Origin: Chitinophagaceae bacterium
Lineage (GTDB): Bacteria > Bacteroidota > Bacteroidia > Chitinophagales > Chitinophagaceae
NCBI GenBank assembly: GCA_040404005.1
Contig: JBBAJO010000017.1
Coordinates: 5,245-69,244, forward strand
DNA: 64,000 nt
Direction of reading: 5' to 3'
Positions 1 through 10,215 of the stretch are shown here, piece by piece. A program made the position numbers and the translations under genes. How positions within the stretch are numbered: position 1 is the first letter of the stretch; the number at the start of each line of letters is the position of its first letter. The notes below the pieces were generated by a model. That model saw only the letters and a list, made by a program, of their open reading frames with translations. It was not told the origin of the DNA and did not search any database.

Positions 1-149
1 GATCCACCACCCAGGCCCGCCCCGTTGAGCAGGGAAACAAAGCTGGACTGGGCAGCCACCGATCCGATGCCAACAGCCAGGAGCGACCAGAATCCCAGTA
101 CTTTTTTCAGGGACCCACCGGATTCCACCGACGAAAGTGATTCATTCAA
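1..149 (-). CDS. APC-family amino acid permease, N-terminal part (runs off window edge)
   Basis: Manual translation of the minus strand from TTG at 149: LNESLSSVESGGSLKKVLGFWSLLAVGIGSVAAQSSFVSLLNGAGLGGG, resembling the LKK.LG...L...GIG TM1 pattern of APC permeases. Not in the ORF track. Confidence 0.7.
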   Translation of the reverse strand, partial: MNESLSSVESGGSLKKVLGFWSLLAVGIGSVAAQSSFVSLLNGAGLGGG

Positions 150-458
150 ATGTGTTCGGTTTGAGTCTGCAAAAGATAGTCATAAAATGGCAGCAAATGT
201 GCAGTATCCGAAAAGCTTTTAAACGCTATATCAGTATACTGCTGGCGCTGATAAAGATCCACAGTCTGCAACCTGATATTTCGCTTTTCCCCACAGCCCG
301 CGCCGGCATTTGAATGCGCATGGGGAATGATCCAATGCTCCATGCCATTGCGCAACTTGGAAAAAACCATCATACCCGGGCCTCTACGCTATATTTTTTT
401 GTGTTTATTCACACGATTTATTTGGACCTCTTTCGTACATTTCCATAAATAGAATTTC

Positions 459-1742
459 GTGCTACGATTCATACCTGTATTATTGATTTTTTCTGCATTT
501 TCATGCAAGCAGGAAGCCGGCATTACAACTGGTTTTACGCTTACCGATGCAGACACGGTTTTGTTCAATTCATTTGTTGACTGTAATATGGCCGAGGCAT
601 GGATCGGAGATACGTTTCGGATTTTCCCGGGTAAGTATGGTGAGGATACAGTATGGGGGGCAGCTCGGGAACTTCAGTTCGCCGATGGTAAAAATGCTCC
701 GCAGGCTTTTGCCTCGGATTCATCAGGTTTTCGCCGGCCGCAGCTTCCTGCCATTGCTGCTATAGGGGAACAAGGGCTGCACGGTGCAGTATGGTTTGAA
801 ACGGTGTATCAGCACGCCGCCGATCCTTCAGGTAAAACCCTTTATGCCGTTTATCACAACGAGAATTATCCTCAGAACTTGCCATACGATTCGTCTACGG
901 GCCAGGGGTATGTGAATCATTTATGGCCGCAGGGTTTACAAGGCCCCAGTTCTCCTGCTGCTGTTTCGAGAATAGGCATCATGAAGTCTACCAACGGAGG
1001 CCATAGCTGGGAGAATAAGGGATTATTCCTTGAAGATCTCCAATCGAGAATGATTTTGAAACCCTATAATGCCTCCAATACATTTGCCGGCGGCGTGGGT
1101 GATCCTTCAGCTGTTCGTTCAGGTGATTATCTCTATTTGTTTTACGGAGAATACAGTTATCCGGAGGTCTATGATTCTTCCGCCTACAGCAAAGACAAAG
1201 AATGGAGCGGGCAGTGCATCAGTGTGGCACGAATTGCCTTAAAGGATATTGATCATCCCCAGGGTAAGGCCTTGCGCTGGAATGGACATGCTTTTTCTGC
1301 GGCCTGGAATGGTGCGGGAAAACCTATTGCTTCTTTACAGATTCCAATTAGCGGGGGCGGCGGCCCCGCATCTTCACCTGAAGGAGGATTTCACTGGGGA
1401 CCCTCTGTAAGTTGGAACGAATATCTTCAATGCTGGGTGATGTTGATGGGCAAGGTTACCGGTTCCTCGTGGGCAGGAAGCAGCATCTTTATATCATTCA
1501 ACATAAATAAAGATCTGGGTAAGGGGAATGCTTCGCAACAGTGGAGTAAACCCGCTTTACTGCTCGACAGACCCGGATTCTTTCTTTGGTATCCCTCCTT
1601 ACAGCCCTTAGATACACCAGACGATGTCAAGGAAAAACATACCTCTATGCGTCTCGGAAAACGGGCGAGATTATATGTGAAATACATTAAACCGGATCGA
1701 AGCATTTATGCTTCGGCACATCTGATCGAGTTCTCCAAATAG
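459..1742 (+). CDS. Lipoprotein, putative beta-propeller glycosidase-like hypothetical protein
   Basis: Lipobox FSAFSC; Asp-box-like STNGGHSW; GGVGDPS, WGPSV and WYPSL blade-like motifs. Confidence 0.6.
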   Translation: MLRFIPVLLIFSAFSCKQEAGITTGFTLTDADTVLFNSFVDCNMAEAWIGDTFRIFPGKYGEDTVWGAARELQFADGKNAPQAFASDSSGFRRPQLPAIAAIGEQGLHGAVWFETVYQHAADPSGKTLYAVYHNENYPQNLPYDSSTGQGYVNHLWPQGLQGPSSPAAVSRIGIMKSTNGGHSWENKGLFLEDLQSRMILKPYNASNTFAGGVGDPSAVRSGDYLYLFYGEYSYPEVYDSSAYSKDKEWSGQCISVARIALKDIDHPQGKALRWNGHAFSAAWNGAGKPIASLQIPISGGGGPASSPEGGFHWGPSVSWNEYLQCWVMLMGKVTGSSWAGSSIFISFNINKDLGKGNASQQWSKPALLLDRPGFFLWYPSLQPLDTPDDVKEKHTSMRLGKRARLYVKYIKPDRSIYASAHLIEFSK

Positions 1743-1829
1743 TATCCCATAGTTTTCTTTTGGTATGCGCTATGTTCATTTGTTTCGATTCTCATCTTTT
1801 CCCTATCATTACATTTTAAAGCTCTGATT

Positions 1830-3386
1830 ATGCGTTTTTATAAAATTATCGCCACTGCGTATGTTACGGTGCAGGTATTTACTACTCCCGTTTTGGCCCA
1901 GCAGGACCCTTTGGTTGCTGCTATTGTCAAGGAAGCAATCGAAAACTCGCAGCTCAAGCGAATGAGCCACGAGCTCATGGATGGTGTTGGCCCCCGCCTC
2001 GTGGGTTCAACGAAAATGGTGCAAGCCAGTGACTGGGCCATTACTCAGTACAAACAGTATGGCATCGAAGCCAGGCGCGAGAACTATGGCACCTGGCGGG
2101 GCTGGGATCGCGGCATTACCCATGTTGACATGGTTAGCCCCTGGATCAAATCCCTGGAGGCAACACAGCTTGCCTTTTCACCTTCAACCCAAAGACCCGT
2201 AAAGGCAAGTACCATTATCCTGCCCGATGTAGCCGATTCCATGGCATTCCAGCAATGGCTGCCCAATGTCAAGGGCAAGTTCGTGCTGGTGTCTATGCCC
2301 CAGCCAACGGGGAGGCCCGACTATAACTGGAAAGAGTTCGCTACTAAAGCATCTATGGAAGCGATGCAGAAGGAAAGACAAACGGCTACCGAAGCATGGC
2401 GGAAACGCATCAGCAAAACAGGATATAACAACCGACAACTCGCACTGGCCCTCGAGAAAGCAGGAGCTGCAGGTATCGTTGGAAGCAACTGGAGCCAGGG
2501 TTTTGGTGTCAACAAGATCTTCGACGCCTCAACAAAAAAGATCCCAACCATTGACGTGATGCTCGAGGATTATGGATTGCTATACCGACTCACTGAATCG
2601 GGCAAGGCCCCGGTGATCAACGTGCTCGCACAATCTAAAGAACTGGGTGAAGTGCCTACGTTCAACACCCTAGCTGAGATCAAGGGTACGGAGAAAGCAA
2701 ATGAGTATGTGATGCTGTCTGCGCATTTTGACTCATGGGACGGCGCAACCGGCGCAACAGATAATGGTACAGGTACGATGGTGATGATGGAAGCCATGCG
2801 CATCCTCAAGAAAGTGTATCCTAATCCTAAACGCACCATCCTCGTAGGCCATTGGGGCAGTGAGGAGCAAGGGCTTAATGGTTCGCGCGCTTTTGTGGAG
2901 GATCACCCCGAAATAGTAAGCAACCTGCAGGCGCTATTTAACCAGGATAATGGTACAGGCAGGGTGGTGAGCATGAGCGGGTCAGGATATGCCAATGCGA
3001 AAGATTATTTGGGACGATGGCTTGCCGCTGTGCCTGGAGAATACAAGGATTCGATCAAGACCAGTTTCCCCGGATCACCCGCTGGAGGCGGTTCCGATCA
3101 TGCCTCTTTTATAGCGGCAAACGCGCCCGGCTTTTCACTCGGCGCGCTGAACTGGTCGTACTTCAACTATACCTGGCATACAAATAGGGATACGTACGAC
3201 AAAATCGTATTTGATGACCTGCGAAATAACGCGATCCTGACGGCTATCCTGGTCTACATGGCTTGTGAGGATCCGCAGCGGACCACCACGGAAAGAGCAG
3301 TGCTGCCCACCAATGGCAACCAGCAAACGGGTCCGCGCTGGCCCGCTCAGGTGAAAGCAAAACGCAGGGGTGGTTATGATAACTGA
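1830..3386 (+). CDS. M28-family metallopeptidase (carboxypeptidase Q-like), secreted
   Basis: Signal peptide; SAHFDSWD, GATDNGTG, GSEEQGL, SDH and WHT zinc-ligand motifs. Confidence 0.9.
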   Translation: MRFYKIIATAYVTVQVFTTPVLAQQDPLVAAIVKEAIENSQLKRMSHELMDGVGPRLVGSTKMVQASDWAITQYKQYGIEARRENYGTWRGWDRGITHVDMVSPWIKSLEATQLAFSPSTQRPVKASTIILPDVADSMAFQQWLPNVKGKFVLVSMPQPTGRPDYNWKEFATKASMEAMQKERQTATEAWRKRISKTGYNNRQLALALEKAGAAGIVGSNWSQGFGVNKIFDASTKKIPTIDVMLEDYGLLYRLTESGKAPVINVLAQSKELGEVPTFNTLAEIKGTEKANEYVMLSAHFDSWDGATGATDNGTGTMVMMEAMRILKKVYPNPKRTILVGHWGSEEQGLNGSRAFVEDHPEIVSNLQALFNQDNGTGRVVSMSGSGYANAKDYLGRWLAAVPGEYKDSIKTSFPGSPAGGGSDHASFIAANAPGFSLGALNWSYFNYTWHTNRDTYDKIVFDDLRNNAILTAILVYMACEDPQRTTTERAVLPTNGNQQTGPRWPAQVKAKRRGGYDN

Positions 3387-3388
3387 CG

Positions 3389-3757
3389 TTGTGTATTTCC
3401 CATTTTCTGTTTTATAAGCCCCTTATCCTGAATTCTCTTTTTGAAGTGTTTGCAGAAGAAAGTTCAAAGCAGGTGGGGGGTGTAGTCAACAAGACAAAAT
3501 CTGCCATCCAAAGTTATAGGGTAGGGCTGCTGCTTGAAGCGTTAATAATCGCCATACCCTACTCAATAAGATTCAGATCAATTATTCCCATCATCACGGT
3601 TTTACTTGGCGCAGCCCTTTGGGATGTGTCTGGGATGTTTCTCGCCATTCCCTTCGTTGGGATATTGAAAATTGTTTTCGACCGAATTCCAGACCTTAAG
3701 CCCTGGGGGAAACTGCTGGGAGATACCGTACCTACACACCATAAAGGGGAATTATGA
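3389..3757 (+). pseudogene. AI-2E family transporter remnant (C-terminal part with internal deletions)
   Basis: Ends GAALWDVSGMFLAIPFVGILKIVFDRIPDLKPWGKLLG, typical of Bacteroidota AI-2E C-termini; only 122 codons against about 350-370 expected, and central TM helices are missing. Confidence 0.75.
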
Positions 3758-3783
3758 AGTTTGGGAAGAAAGGATGGTACCAC

Positions 3784-4293
3784 TTAAACTGACATCTTAT
3801 AAACGATGTTTACTCGCGGTTCTTCACCGTAGTAGGCAACAGTTTCTTGGCCGATTCGCAGGGCTCCCATTTTCTCCATGGCCTTTTGCGACCTGATATT
3901 GTTGGCGCCTACATGAAAGATCACATCGTCTACAAATTGAAATGCATATTGAAGCATCAGTGACTTTGTGCTTTGATTAAAGGGTTTCCCCCAGCAGTCC
4001 CTTGAAAAGAAAGTGTAGCCGATTTTTACTTCTTTTTTTTCTGGTACGTGATCATAGAAACGTGTACAACCGATGGCATTCCCTGTGCTATCCTTGATCA
4101 GGAATGCACCTGCTGACTCTATTGCCCCTTGGAAATAAGTTTGAAATACATCCCGCTTGTACCGATCGGGATTGGGATGCTGCTCCCAGACCAGCGGATC
4201 TTTCGCTACGGCATAGAGCTCCTCAAAATCAGTTTCTGTAAGTGGTGTTAACTCAACCCATTCATTTTTGAGATCTATTGGTTGCCAGTTCAT
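3784..4293 (-). CDS. GNAT N-acetyltransferase (RimJ/RimL-like)
   Basis: VELTPLTETDFEELY, EVKIGYTFF and NIRSQKAMEKMGA motifs. Confidence 0.9.
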   Translation of the reverse strand: MNWQPIDLKNEWVELTPLTETDFEELYAVAKDPLVWEQHPNPDRYKRDVFQTYFQGAIESAGAFLIKDSTGNAIGCTRFYDHVPEKKEVKIGYTFFSRDCWGKPFNQSTKSLMLQYAFQFVDDVIFHVGANNIRSQKAMEKMGALRIGQETVAYYGEEPRVNIVYKMSV

Positions 4294-4365
4294 ATACCGA
4301 AATTAGACAATAGTGAGGGGAACTGTAGCGCTTATTGACCCTGGATTGCCAGACCTGAAACAGCA

Positions 4366-4608
4366 TTACTCCATGGTAATCGTTGCATGTAAGGAGAGCT
4401 TTTGGCCCCTTTGGAGTAGTTGGTTCTTAAGCTCATGCATCTGTTCTTGCAGGTACTTGATCTTCGATTCACGATATTTGATGTCTTCTTCGCTGCTGTG
4501 ATGCGCAATGGCATTTTCGTGAAACCGGATCTTTACCCTGATCATTTCTCCCACGATATTCAATGAATCTTTAGCGCTGAATTCTCCTTGTATAAGCTGT
4601 ATGTCCAT
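4366..4608 (-). CDS. Hypothetical 80-aa protein directly downstream of icd
   Basis: Clean ATG ORF 12 nt after the icd stop on the same strand; helical, coiled-coil-like composition. Confidence 0.75.
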   Translation of the reverse strand: MDIQLIQGEFSAKDSLNIVGEMIRVKIRFHENAIAHHSSEEDIKYRESKIKYLQEQMHELKNQLLQRGQKLSLHATITME

Positions 4609-4620
4609 ATTTCGTATTTG

Positions 4621-6057
4621 TTATTGTCCCTGGCCGAGTGAAAACTTTGCGATGCCATCGAAATGGTAAAGGTTTTCTGTTTTGATCGCGTCAACATCGT
4701 TTAGCATTGCATTTTGTAAAAGCTGTATCACTTCTTCTTTTTTGATCGTCTTCCCTTCTCTTTGCTTGAACCTGCATCTCCAGTGGTCCGTGCAGAATGT
4801 TTCACTGAAGCCATCGGGCCATACCTTGATGCCCCTGTTGGTGACCATGGTTAACGCCATTTCATTCGTCTCCATTTTCTTTACCAGGTTTGCCAGGGTG
4901 GATGGATCTTCGCCGGCCCAGTGTACGAAAATATCTACCCCCACCAGTTCTTTTTTTGCGGGCTGTTTTCTCTGGTATTTCGGTAACTGCATTTTAGAAC
5001 TGCCTGCATAGGATACGGTTGCAAGCATGGTGGGTTTTTGTCCTATATTTTCTATAACTGCTTGGGCAAACTCTTTGGTGCCAACTTTCTTTTTGCTTGA
5101 AATCTCTTTAAAGATGTCGTACGTATGAATTCCATCTTCCAGGGTTTTCAGCCAGGCATTCTGCACTTTCTCAGCAATATCTGTTTGACCTATATGATTG
5201 AGCATCATCACGGCGCCCTGCAGCAGGCCTGAAGGGTTAGCCAGGTTTTGACCCGCCCTTCTTGGTGCCGATCCGTGGATGGCTTCAAACATCGCGCATT
5301 CTTCTCCAATATTGGCCGACCCCGCAAGGCCTACTGATCCCGTGATCTGGGCTGCTACGTCGCTTAATACATCGCCGTAAAGATTGGGCATTACAATAAC
5401 ATCGAATGCTTCAGGGGTATCGGCCATTTTTGCCGCACCGATATCTATGATCCAGTGTTCATTTTCGATCTCCGGGTATTCACGCGCGATCTCATCGAAG
5501 ACCTGGTGAAAGAGACCATCCGTCTGTTTCATGATGTTATCCTTGGTAAAGCAGGTGACTTTTTTCCGCTTCTGCTGTTTTGCATATTCAAAGGCATACC
5601 GGACTATTTTCTCACATCCGGGTCGGCTGATCAGCTTCAGGCACTGCACCACTTCATCTGTTTGCTGATGTTCAATTCCAGCATATAGATCCTCTTCATT
5701 CTCGCGGATGATGACGATGTCCATGATGGGATGTTTGGTGGTTACGTAGGGATGAAAGCTTCTGCAGGGCCTCACGTTTGAGTATAAACCCAGGAATTTC
5801 CTGGTGGTGACATTCAGACTTTTATAACCGCCGCCCTGTGGGGTGGTAATGGGAGCTTTCAGGAAAACTTTGTTTTTACGGATGATATCCCACGAGCTGC
5901 TGGCGATGCCTGCGGTGTTGCCTGCCAAATACACTTTTTCTCCAACCTCTATTTCTTCTATCTCTATTTTAGCGCCTGCTGCCAGGATAATATCGAGTGT
6001 GGCGTCCATGATCTCTGGTCCGATGCCGTCTCCCTTCGCAACTGTAATTCTTGTCAT
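4621..6057 (-). CDS. icd: NADP-dependent isocitrate dehydrogenase (about 480-aa Rickettsia/Bacteroidota type)
   Basis: GDGIGPEI, KAPITTPQGGGYKSLNV, KDNIMK, PNLYGDVLSD and EAIHGSAP motifs with a C-terminal extension. Confidence 0.95.
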   Translation of the reverse strand: MTRITVAKGDGIGPEIMDATLDIILAAGAKIEIEEIEVGEKVYLAGNTAGIASSSWDIIRKNKVFLKAPITTPQGGGYKSLNVTTRKFLGLYSNVRPCRSFHPYVTTKHPIMDIVIIRENEEDLYAGIEHQQTDEVVQCLKLISRPGCEKIVRYAFEYAKQQKRKKVTCFTKDNIMKQTDGLFHQVFDEIAREYPEIENEHWIIDIGAAKMADTPEAFDVIVMPNLYGDVLSDVAAQITGSVGLAGSANIGEECAMFEAIHGSAPRRAGQNLANPSGLLQGAVMMLNHIGQTDIAEKVQNAWLKTLEDGIHTYDIFKEISSKKKVGTKEFAQAVIENIGQKPTMLATVSYAGSSKMQLPKYQRKQPAKKELVGVDIFVHWAGEDPSTLANLVKKMETNEMALTMVTNRGIKVWPDGFSETFCTDHWRCRFKQREGKTIKKEEVIQLLQNAMLNDVDAIKTENLYHFDGIAKFSLGQGQ

Positions 6058-6134
6058 CTATATGGTTTGTGGGTTTGTAATTCGAAATTGAGCAGAATCA
6101 TTCAATATATTTCATTTATATTCATTATGTTAAT

Positions 6135-6151
6135 CATAAAAAACATTTATG
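6135..6151. promoter_or_regulatory. LysR-type T-N11-A box (CATAAA-N5-TTTATG) overlapping the LTTR start codon
   Basis: cataaaaaacatttatg has perfect 6-bp inverted arms with T6137-N11-A6149, in the divergent icd/LTTR intergenic region. Confidence 0.65.
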
Positions 6152-7072
6152 TATTATACCCTTAACCAGCTCAAGATCTTTCTGAAGATCGTGGAGACGG
6201 AAAGCATCACCAAAGCATCCGAAGAGTTGCGGCTCACGCAGCCTGCTGTTTCCATTCAGCTAAAGAACTTGCAGGATCAGTTCGATGTTCCCCTGACAGA
6301 AGTAATTGGGCGTAAGATCCATATCACTGATTTTGGAAAGGAGATAGCGGTAATGGCCGCTAAGATACTTGCACAGGTGAACGAGATCAATGTCAAGACG
6401 ATGGCTTACAAGGGGCTGTTGGCAGGGAAGCTTAAAATATCTGTAGTATCTACCGGTAAATATGTGATACCTTATTTTCTCGTTGATTTCATGCGTGCCA
6501 ATCCAGGCGTAGAGTTGGCTATTGACGTAACGAACAAACTCAAGGTGTTGGAGAGCCTGGAGCATAATGAGGTAGATCTTGCCCTTGTGTCTATTTTGCC
6601 CCTGCACCCGCAGGTAGAGAAAATGGACCTTCTTCAAAACAAATTGTATTTCGTAGGTAATATGGAAAGAAAATTCCATCGGGGCGAGACGTTTAAGGAC
6701 CTCATTCAGAGCGTTCCGATGATATACCGGGAGTCGGGATCGGGAACACGACAAGTAATGGAGCGATATATTGAGAAGAATAAATTCACGATTTCCAAGA
6801 AAATGGAACTGACTTCGAATGAAGCCGTAAAGCAAGCCTTGGTGGCGGGGCTTGGTTATTCGGTGATGCCGTTGATCGGAATCAAGAATGAGCTTTTCAA
6901 TAAGGAATTGCAGATCATTCCTGCAAAGGGACTGCCCATAAAAACCACCTGGAGTCTGATCTGGTTAAAAGGTAAAAGACACTCGCCGGTCAGTATGGCT
7001 TTCCTGAATTACATCAAAGTGCATAAGTCTCAGATCGTTCAGGAGAAGTTCAGCTGGTATGAGCAGTTTTAG
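6149..7072 (+). CDS. LysR-family regulator, CbbR/CmpR/NdhR-like
   Basis: HTH SITKASEELRLTQPAVSIQLK; GKLKISVVSTGKY, RESGSGTR and SNEAVKQALVAGLG are typical of the CbbR/CmpR subgroup. Confidence 0.9.
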   Translation: MYYTLNQLKIFLKIVETESITKASEELRLTQPAVSIQLKNLQDQFDVPLTEVIGRKIHITDFGKEIAVMAAKILAQVNEINVKTMAYKGLLAGKLKISVVSTGKYVIPYFLVDFMRANPGVELAIDVTNKLKVLESLEHNEVDLALVSILPLHPQVEKMDLLQNKLYFVGNMERKFHRGETFKDLIQSVPMIYRESGSGTRQVMERYIEKNKFTISKKMELTSNEAVKQALVAGLGYSVMPLIGIKNELFNKELQIIPAKGLPIKTTWSLIWLKGKRHSPVSMAFLNYIKVHKSQIVQEKFSWYEQF

Positions 7073-7093
7073 AAAGGGCAGCCCGATTTCATC

Positions 7094-9523
7094 TTACTGA
7101 AAAGAACTTCCCGTAAACTTATACGTCCTCCCCGCCTTGGTGGTCATGCTTCCGGTACTGCCTTTGTAGCTCAGCTTGAGGTTGCTGCCGACCAGTGATT
7201 TTACTTCGCAGTTGACCAGCGCGCCATCTTTCCATGAAATATTCACTTCAAAACCACCTCGAGCTTTTAAACCTTTGATCTCGCCGGTAGACCAGGCCTT
7301 CGGAATAGCGGGCAACAACTGCAGCACATTTGCGCCATCTTCCTCCACATGGCTCTGCAAAAGCATTTCTGCAATGCCCGCTGTGCCTCCGAAATTTCCG
7401 TCGATTTGAAAGGGCGGATGACCGCAGAAAAGATTTTGATAGGAACCCCCTGCATTAGACATGTTGATGCCATAATTATCGATGGGCCTCAACAGATTTT
7501 TCAACAGGCTATAAGCGCGTTCTCCATCTTTCAGCCTTGCCCAAAAATTGATCTTCCAGGCCAATGACCATCCTGTTCCGATATCCGTTCTGGCATCCAG
7601 ACTTTTCCTGGCTGCCATCGCAAGTTCGGGCGTTTTACCCGGGTCGATGGAGTTTCCGGGATACAACATGTAGAGATGCGACACGTGCCGATGGGTAGGT
7701 TCGGTTTCTTCATAGGGTTCCCGCCACTCCATCAGTCGCCCATCCGGACCGATCTGCGTCAGCGCCAGTTCTTTGTTCACGGCCCGTATCCTGTCTATCA
7801 CTTCGTCTTTTTTCTGAAGCATGTGCGCGGCATTCAGCACATTGTCGAACAGCTCCTTGATCACCTGCTGGTCGTGCGACGGTCCCATGGTGATCTGCGC
7901 CACCGAACCATCCGGCGCTTTGAAGGAGTTTTCCGGGGAGGCAGCGGGGCCAGACACCCATTTGCCGGAGCTGGGGTCTTTCACAAGCCAGTCCAGATAG
8001 AAGCGCGCCGATTCCAACATGATCGGGTATACCCTTTCAAGATATTTTTGATCGGGGTTGAATTTGAAATGCTCCCAAAGATGTTGGCAGAGCCAGGCAC
8101 CTGCGCCCAGGTGCATACCCCAACTCGGGTGTTCGCCGGGAGCGGTGAATCCCCACACGTTGGTGATGGGATGAATGGCCCAGCCATTTGCCCTGTATTG
8201 AACAGCGGCTGTTTTCTTTCCGGGTTCAACCAGGGATTCAACCAGTTCGGTCAGCGGCCCATGGCATTCGGGCAGGTTGGTGATATCTGCCGGCCAGTAA
8301 TTCATTTGAATATTGATATCCGTATGATAGTCGCCGTTCCATGGCGTCTGGATGGTATTTGCCCAGAGGCCTTGCAGATTTGCCGGTAATGTTCCTTCGC
8401 GCGATGAGGCGATCAGCAGATAGCGTCCAAATTGAAAATACAATTCCTGTAAATGCAGATCGTCGGCCTGCCGTTGATTGGCCAATCGGCGATCTGTGGG
8501 AATGGTATCTGATGTGATCCTTGATACATTCAGGCTAACCTTATCCAACAGCGATTGATGGTCGCGCACATGTCGACGCAGCAGGTTATCGTAGGTATAG
8601 GAAGATGCTTTTTCGAGTTGAGTCGCTGATGTTTTAATAGGATCGTCGCCCTTGTAAGTCGGGTAGTCCAGTTTGTAATCCGTGGCGGCGGTCAGGATGA
8701 GCGTGACCGCGTCTGCGTTCCTGACGGATATGCTGCTGTCTGATATATTGGTAGTGCCTCCTTTATTGATCGCCTTGAGTTGTACTGCGTATGCCATCCC
8801 ATCTCCGCCTTTGCCATCTTTCAAACGACCATGCATGAGCAGTGTGCCTTGGGAAGCTTTGGTGGAAAATCTTTCCGGACGGTTCAACATCGCATGAAAA
8901 CTGATCGATCCTTTTTTGTTGGCGCTGATGTTGATTACGACGGCCCTATCTGGATAGCTGGCAAATATTTCCCGCTTGAACTGGATGCCATCCTGCGTGT
9001 AGGTGATGGTTACAACGCCGCGTTGAAGATCAAGCTCGCGACGGTAGGCAGTGTAGGTTGATTTGCGATCTGTTCCCAACCATAGGTCGCCCAGGGTCTG
9101 GTAGGTGCCATAAGGAACGTCGGCTCCGTTTCCATGTCCAGATCCCGGGCCTTTGCACACCTGGGTTTTCATAGTCAGTTCCGTAGCTTCTTTATACTTT
9201 CCTTCAAACAGCAATTTCCGGATCTCCGCAAGCGCAGCAAATGCTTCGGGATTATTTTCATCATTCGGGCTGCCGGACCAAAGTGACTTTTCGTTGAGTT
9301 GGATCCTTTCCTTATTAACGTCGCCGAAGATCATCGCTCCCAAAAAACCATTGCCTATGGGGTGTGCCTTCAGCCATTCGGGATTGTTCTCCCAGCCATT
9401 GGTTTTGTCGTACACCGATGCATCTGCAGGGCGATCATACCAAATCTTTAACGGAACGGATGGTTGCGCGTGAACAGGGAGCGTTACGATGAACATGAGG
9501 ATGGCCGACACGAACTTTTTCAT
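7094..9523 (-). CDS. Glycoside hydrolase family 95 (alpha-L-fucosidase-like)
   Basis: Signal peptide; [32 protein letters not shown] and FQIDGNFG motifs. Confidence 0.95.
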   Translation of the reverse strand: MKKFVSAILMFIVTLPVHAQPSVPLKIWYDRPADASVYDKTNGWENNPEWLKAHPIGNGFLGAMIFGDVNKERIQLNEKSLWSGSPNDENNPEAFAALAEIRKLLFEGKYKEATELTMKTQVCKGPGSGHGNGADVPYGTYQTLGDLWLGTDRKSTYTAYRRELDLQRGVVTITYTQDGIQFKREIFASYPDRAVVINISANKKGSISFHAMLNRPERFSTKASQGTLLMHGRLKDGKGGDGMAYAVQLKAINKGGTTNISDSSISVRNADAVTLILTAATDYKLDYPTYKGDDPIKTSATQLEKASSYTYDNLLRRHVRDHQSLLDKVSLNVSRITSDTIPTDRRLANQRQADDLHLQELYFQFGRYLLIASSREGTLPANLQGLWANTIQTPWNGDYHTDINIQMNYWPADITNLPECHGPLTELVESLVEPGKKTAAVQYRANGWAIHPITNVWGFTAPGEHPSWGMHLGAGAWLCQHLWEHFKFNPDQKYLERVYPIMLESARFYLDWLVKDPSSGKWVSGPAASPENSFKAPDGSVAQITMGPSHDQQVIKELFDNVLNAAHMLQKKDEVIDRIRAVNKELALTQIGPDGRLMEWREPYEETEPTHRHVSHLYMLYPGNSIDPGKTPELAMAARKSLDARTDIGTGWSLAWKINFWARLKDGERAYSLLKNLLRPIDNYGINMSNAGGSYQNLFCGHPPFQIDGNFGGTAGIAEMLLQSHVEEDGANVLQLLPAIPKAWSTGEIKGLKARGGFEVNISWKDGALVNCEVKSLVGSNLKLSYKGSTGSMTTKAGRTYKFTGSSFQ

Positions 9524-9924
9524 GGCCTTAAATTATGTGAAATTTTACAGATGCTGGGTGCGGGAGTCTGGGTCGAAGCTATAAGCGCCGGTGGCCGATC
9601 AAACGATTCATTCAGCGGTGATGCTGATTGATGGTACGGTGTCGCCCAAGTATCTGACCCGCGATGGCTGGTATAAGTTCTATATCAGCCGAACTGACCA
9701 GATCGGTCTCAACAGCTCCACAGAGATCATTTTGTTTATGCGTTCGGATAATGCAGTGTTTCAAAACACGGGTAAGGTCATCATTAGGATAAGATAGCGC
9801 AGTATTGTTGAAGCAGATTGGAACAGGGGCTGTCATAAATACAACAAATGAGAATCTCTTACTCGCTTTGGCTACGAAATCGAAAAATTGCCCGTATATT
9901 CAAGAGCTTCACAAAATTCTATAT

Positions 9925-10104
9925 ATGTTAAAAAAATTTACACCTGCAGACTTACTGATGCTTGGAGCTGCATTTCTATCTTTAATTTTTTCAGAGATCT
10001 CATGGTTCAAAGGGGATAGAGAGGCAGCCATTTTTATTGGCCTTTGGGTTCCCTCCATTTTAGGTTTTGCCATTCTTATCAAATTAATAACTAATCAAAA
10101 ATGA
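9925..10104 (+). CDS. Small two-TM membrane protein (59 aa)
   Basis: ATG at 9925 within track ORF 9805..10104: MLKKFTPADLLMLGAAFLSLIFSEISWFKGDREAAIFIGLWVPSILGFAILIKLITNQK. Confidence 0.7.
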   Translation: MLKKFTPADLLMLGAAFLSLIFSEISWFKGDREAAIFIGLWVPSILGFAILIKLITNQK

Positions 10105-10196
10105 CTGAACTCATCCCATATTTTGCAGGCCTGATCACGCTATTGTTTTCTGCTGGAATAGTATTGGCTTTGAGGCAGTTCAGATCAAATAAGTAG
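10101..10196 (+). CDS. Small single-TM protein (31 aa), below the ORF-track cutoff
   Basis: ATGA start/stop overlap with the previous gene; MTELIPYFAGLITLLFSAGIVLALRQFRSNK* has one hydrophobic helix and a basic tail. Confidence 0.6.
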   Translation: MTELIPYFAGLITLLFSAGIVLALRQFRSNK

Positions 10197-10215
10197 GTGG
10201 ATAACCTGGGTCTCG

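Noticed and set aside
146-373. 75-aa minus-strand ORF upstream of the APC permease
   Set aside because: No recognisable motif, and it occupies the expected divergent promoter region.
9591-9836. Overlapping 68-aa (+) and 74-aa (-) ORFs between GH95 and the membrane cluster
   Set aside because: Neither has a recognisable domain; they may be an unidentifiable relic.
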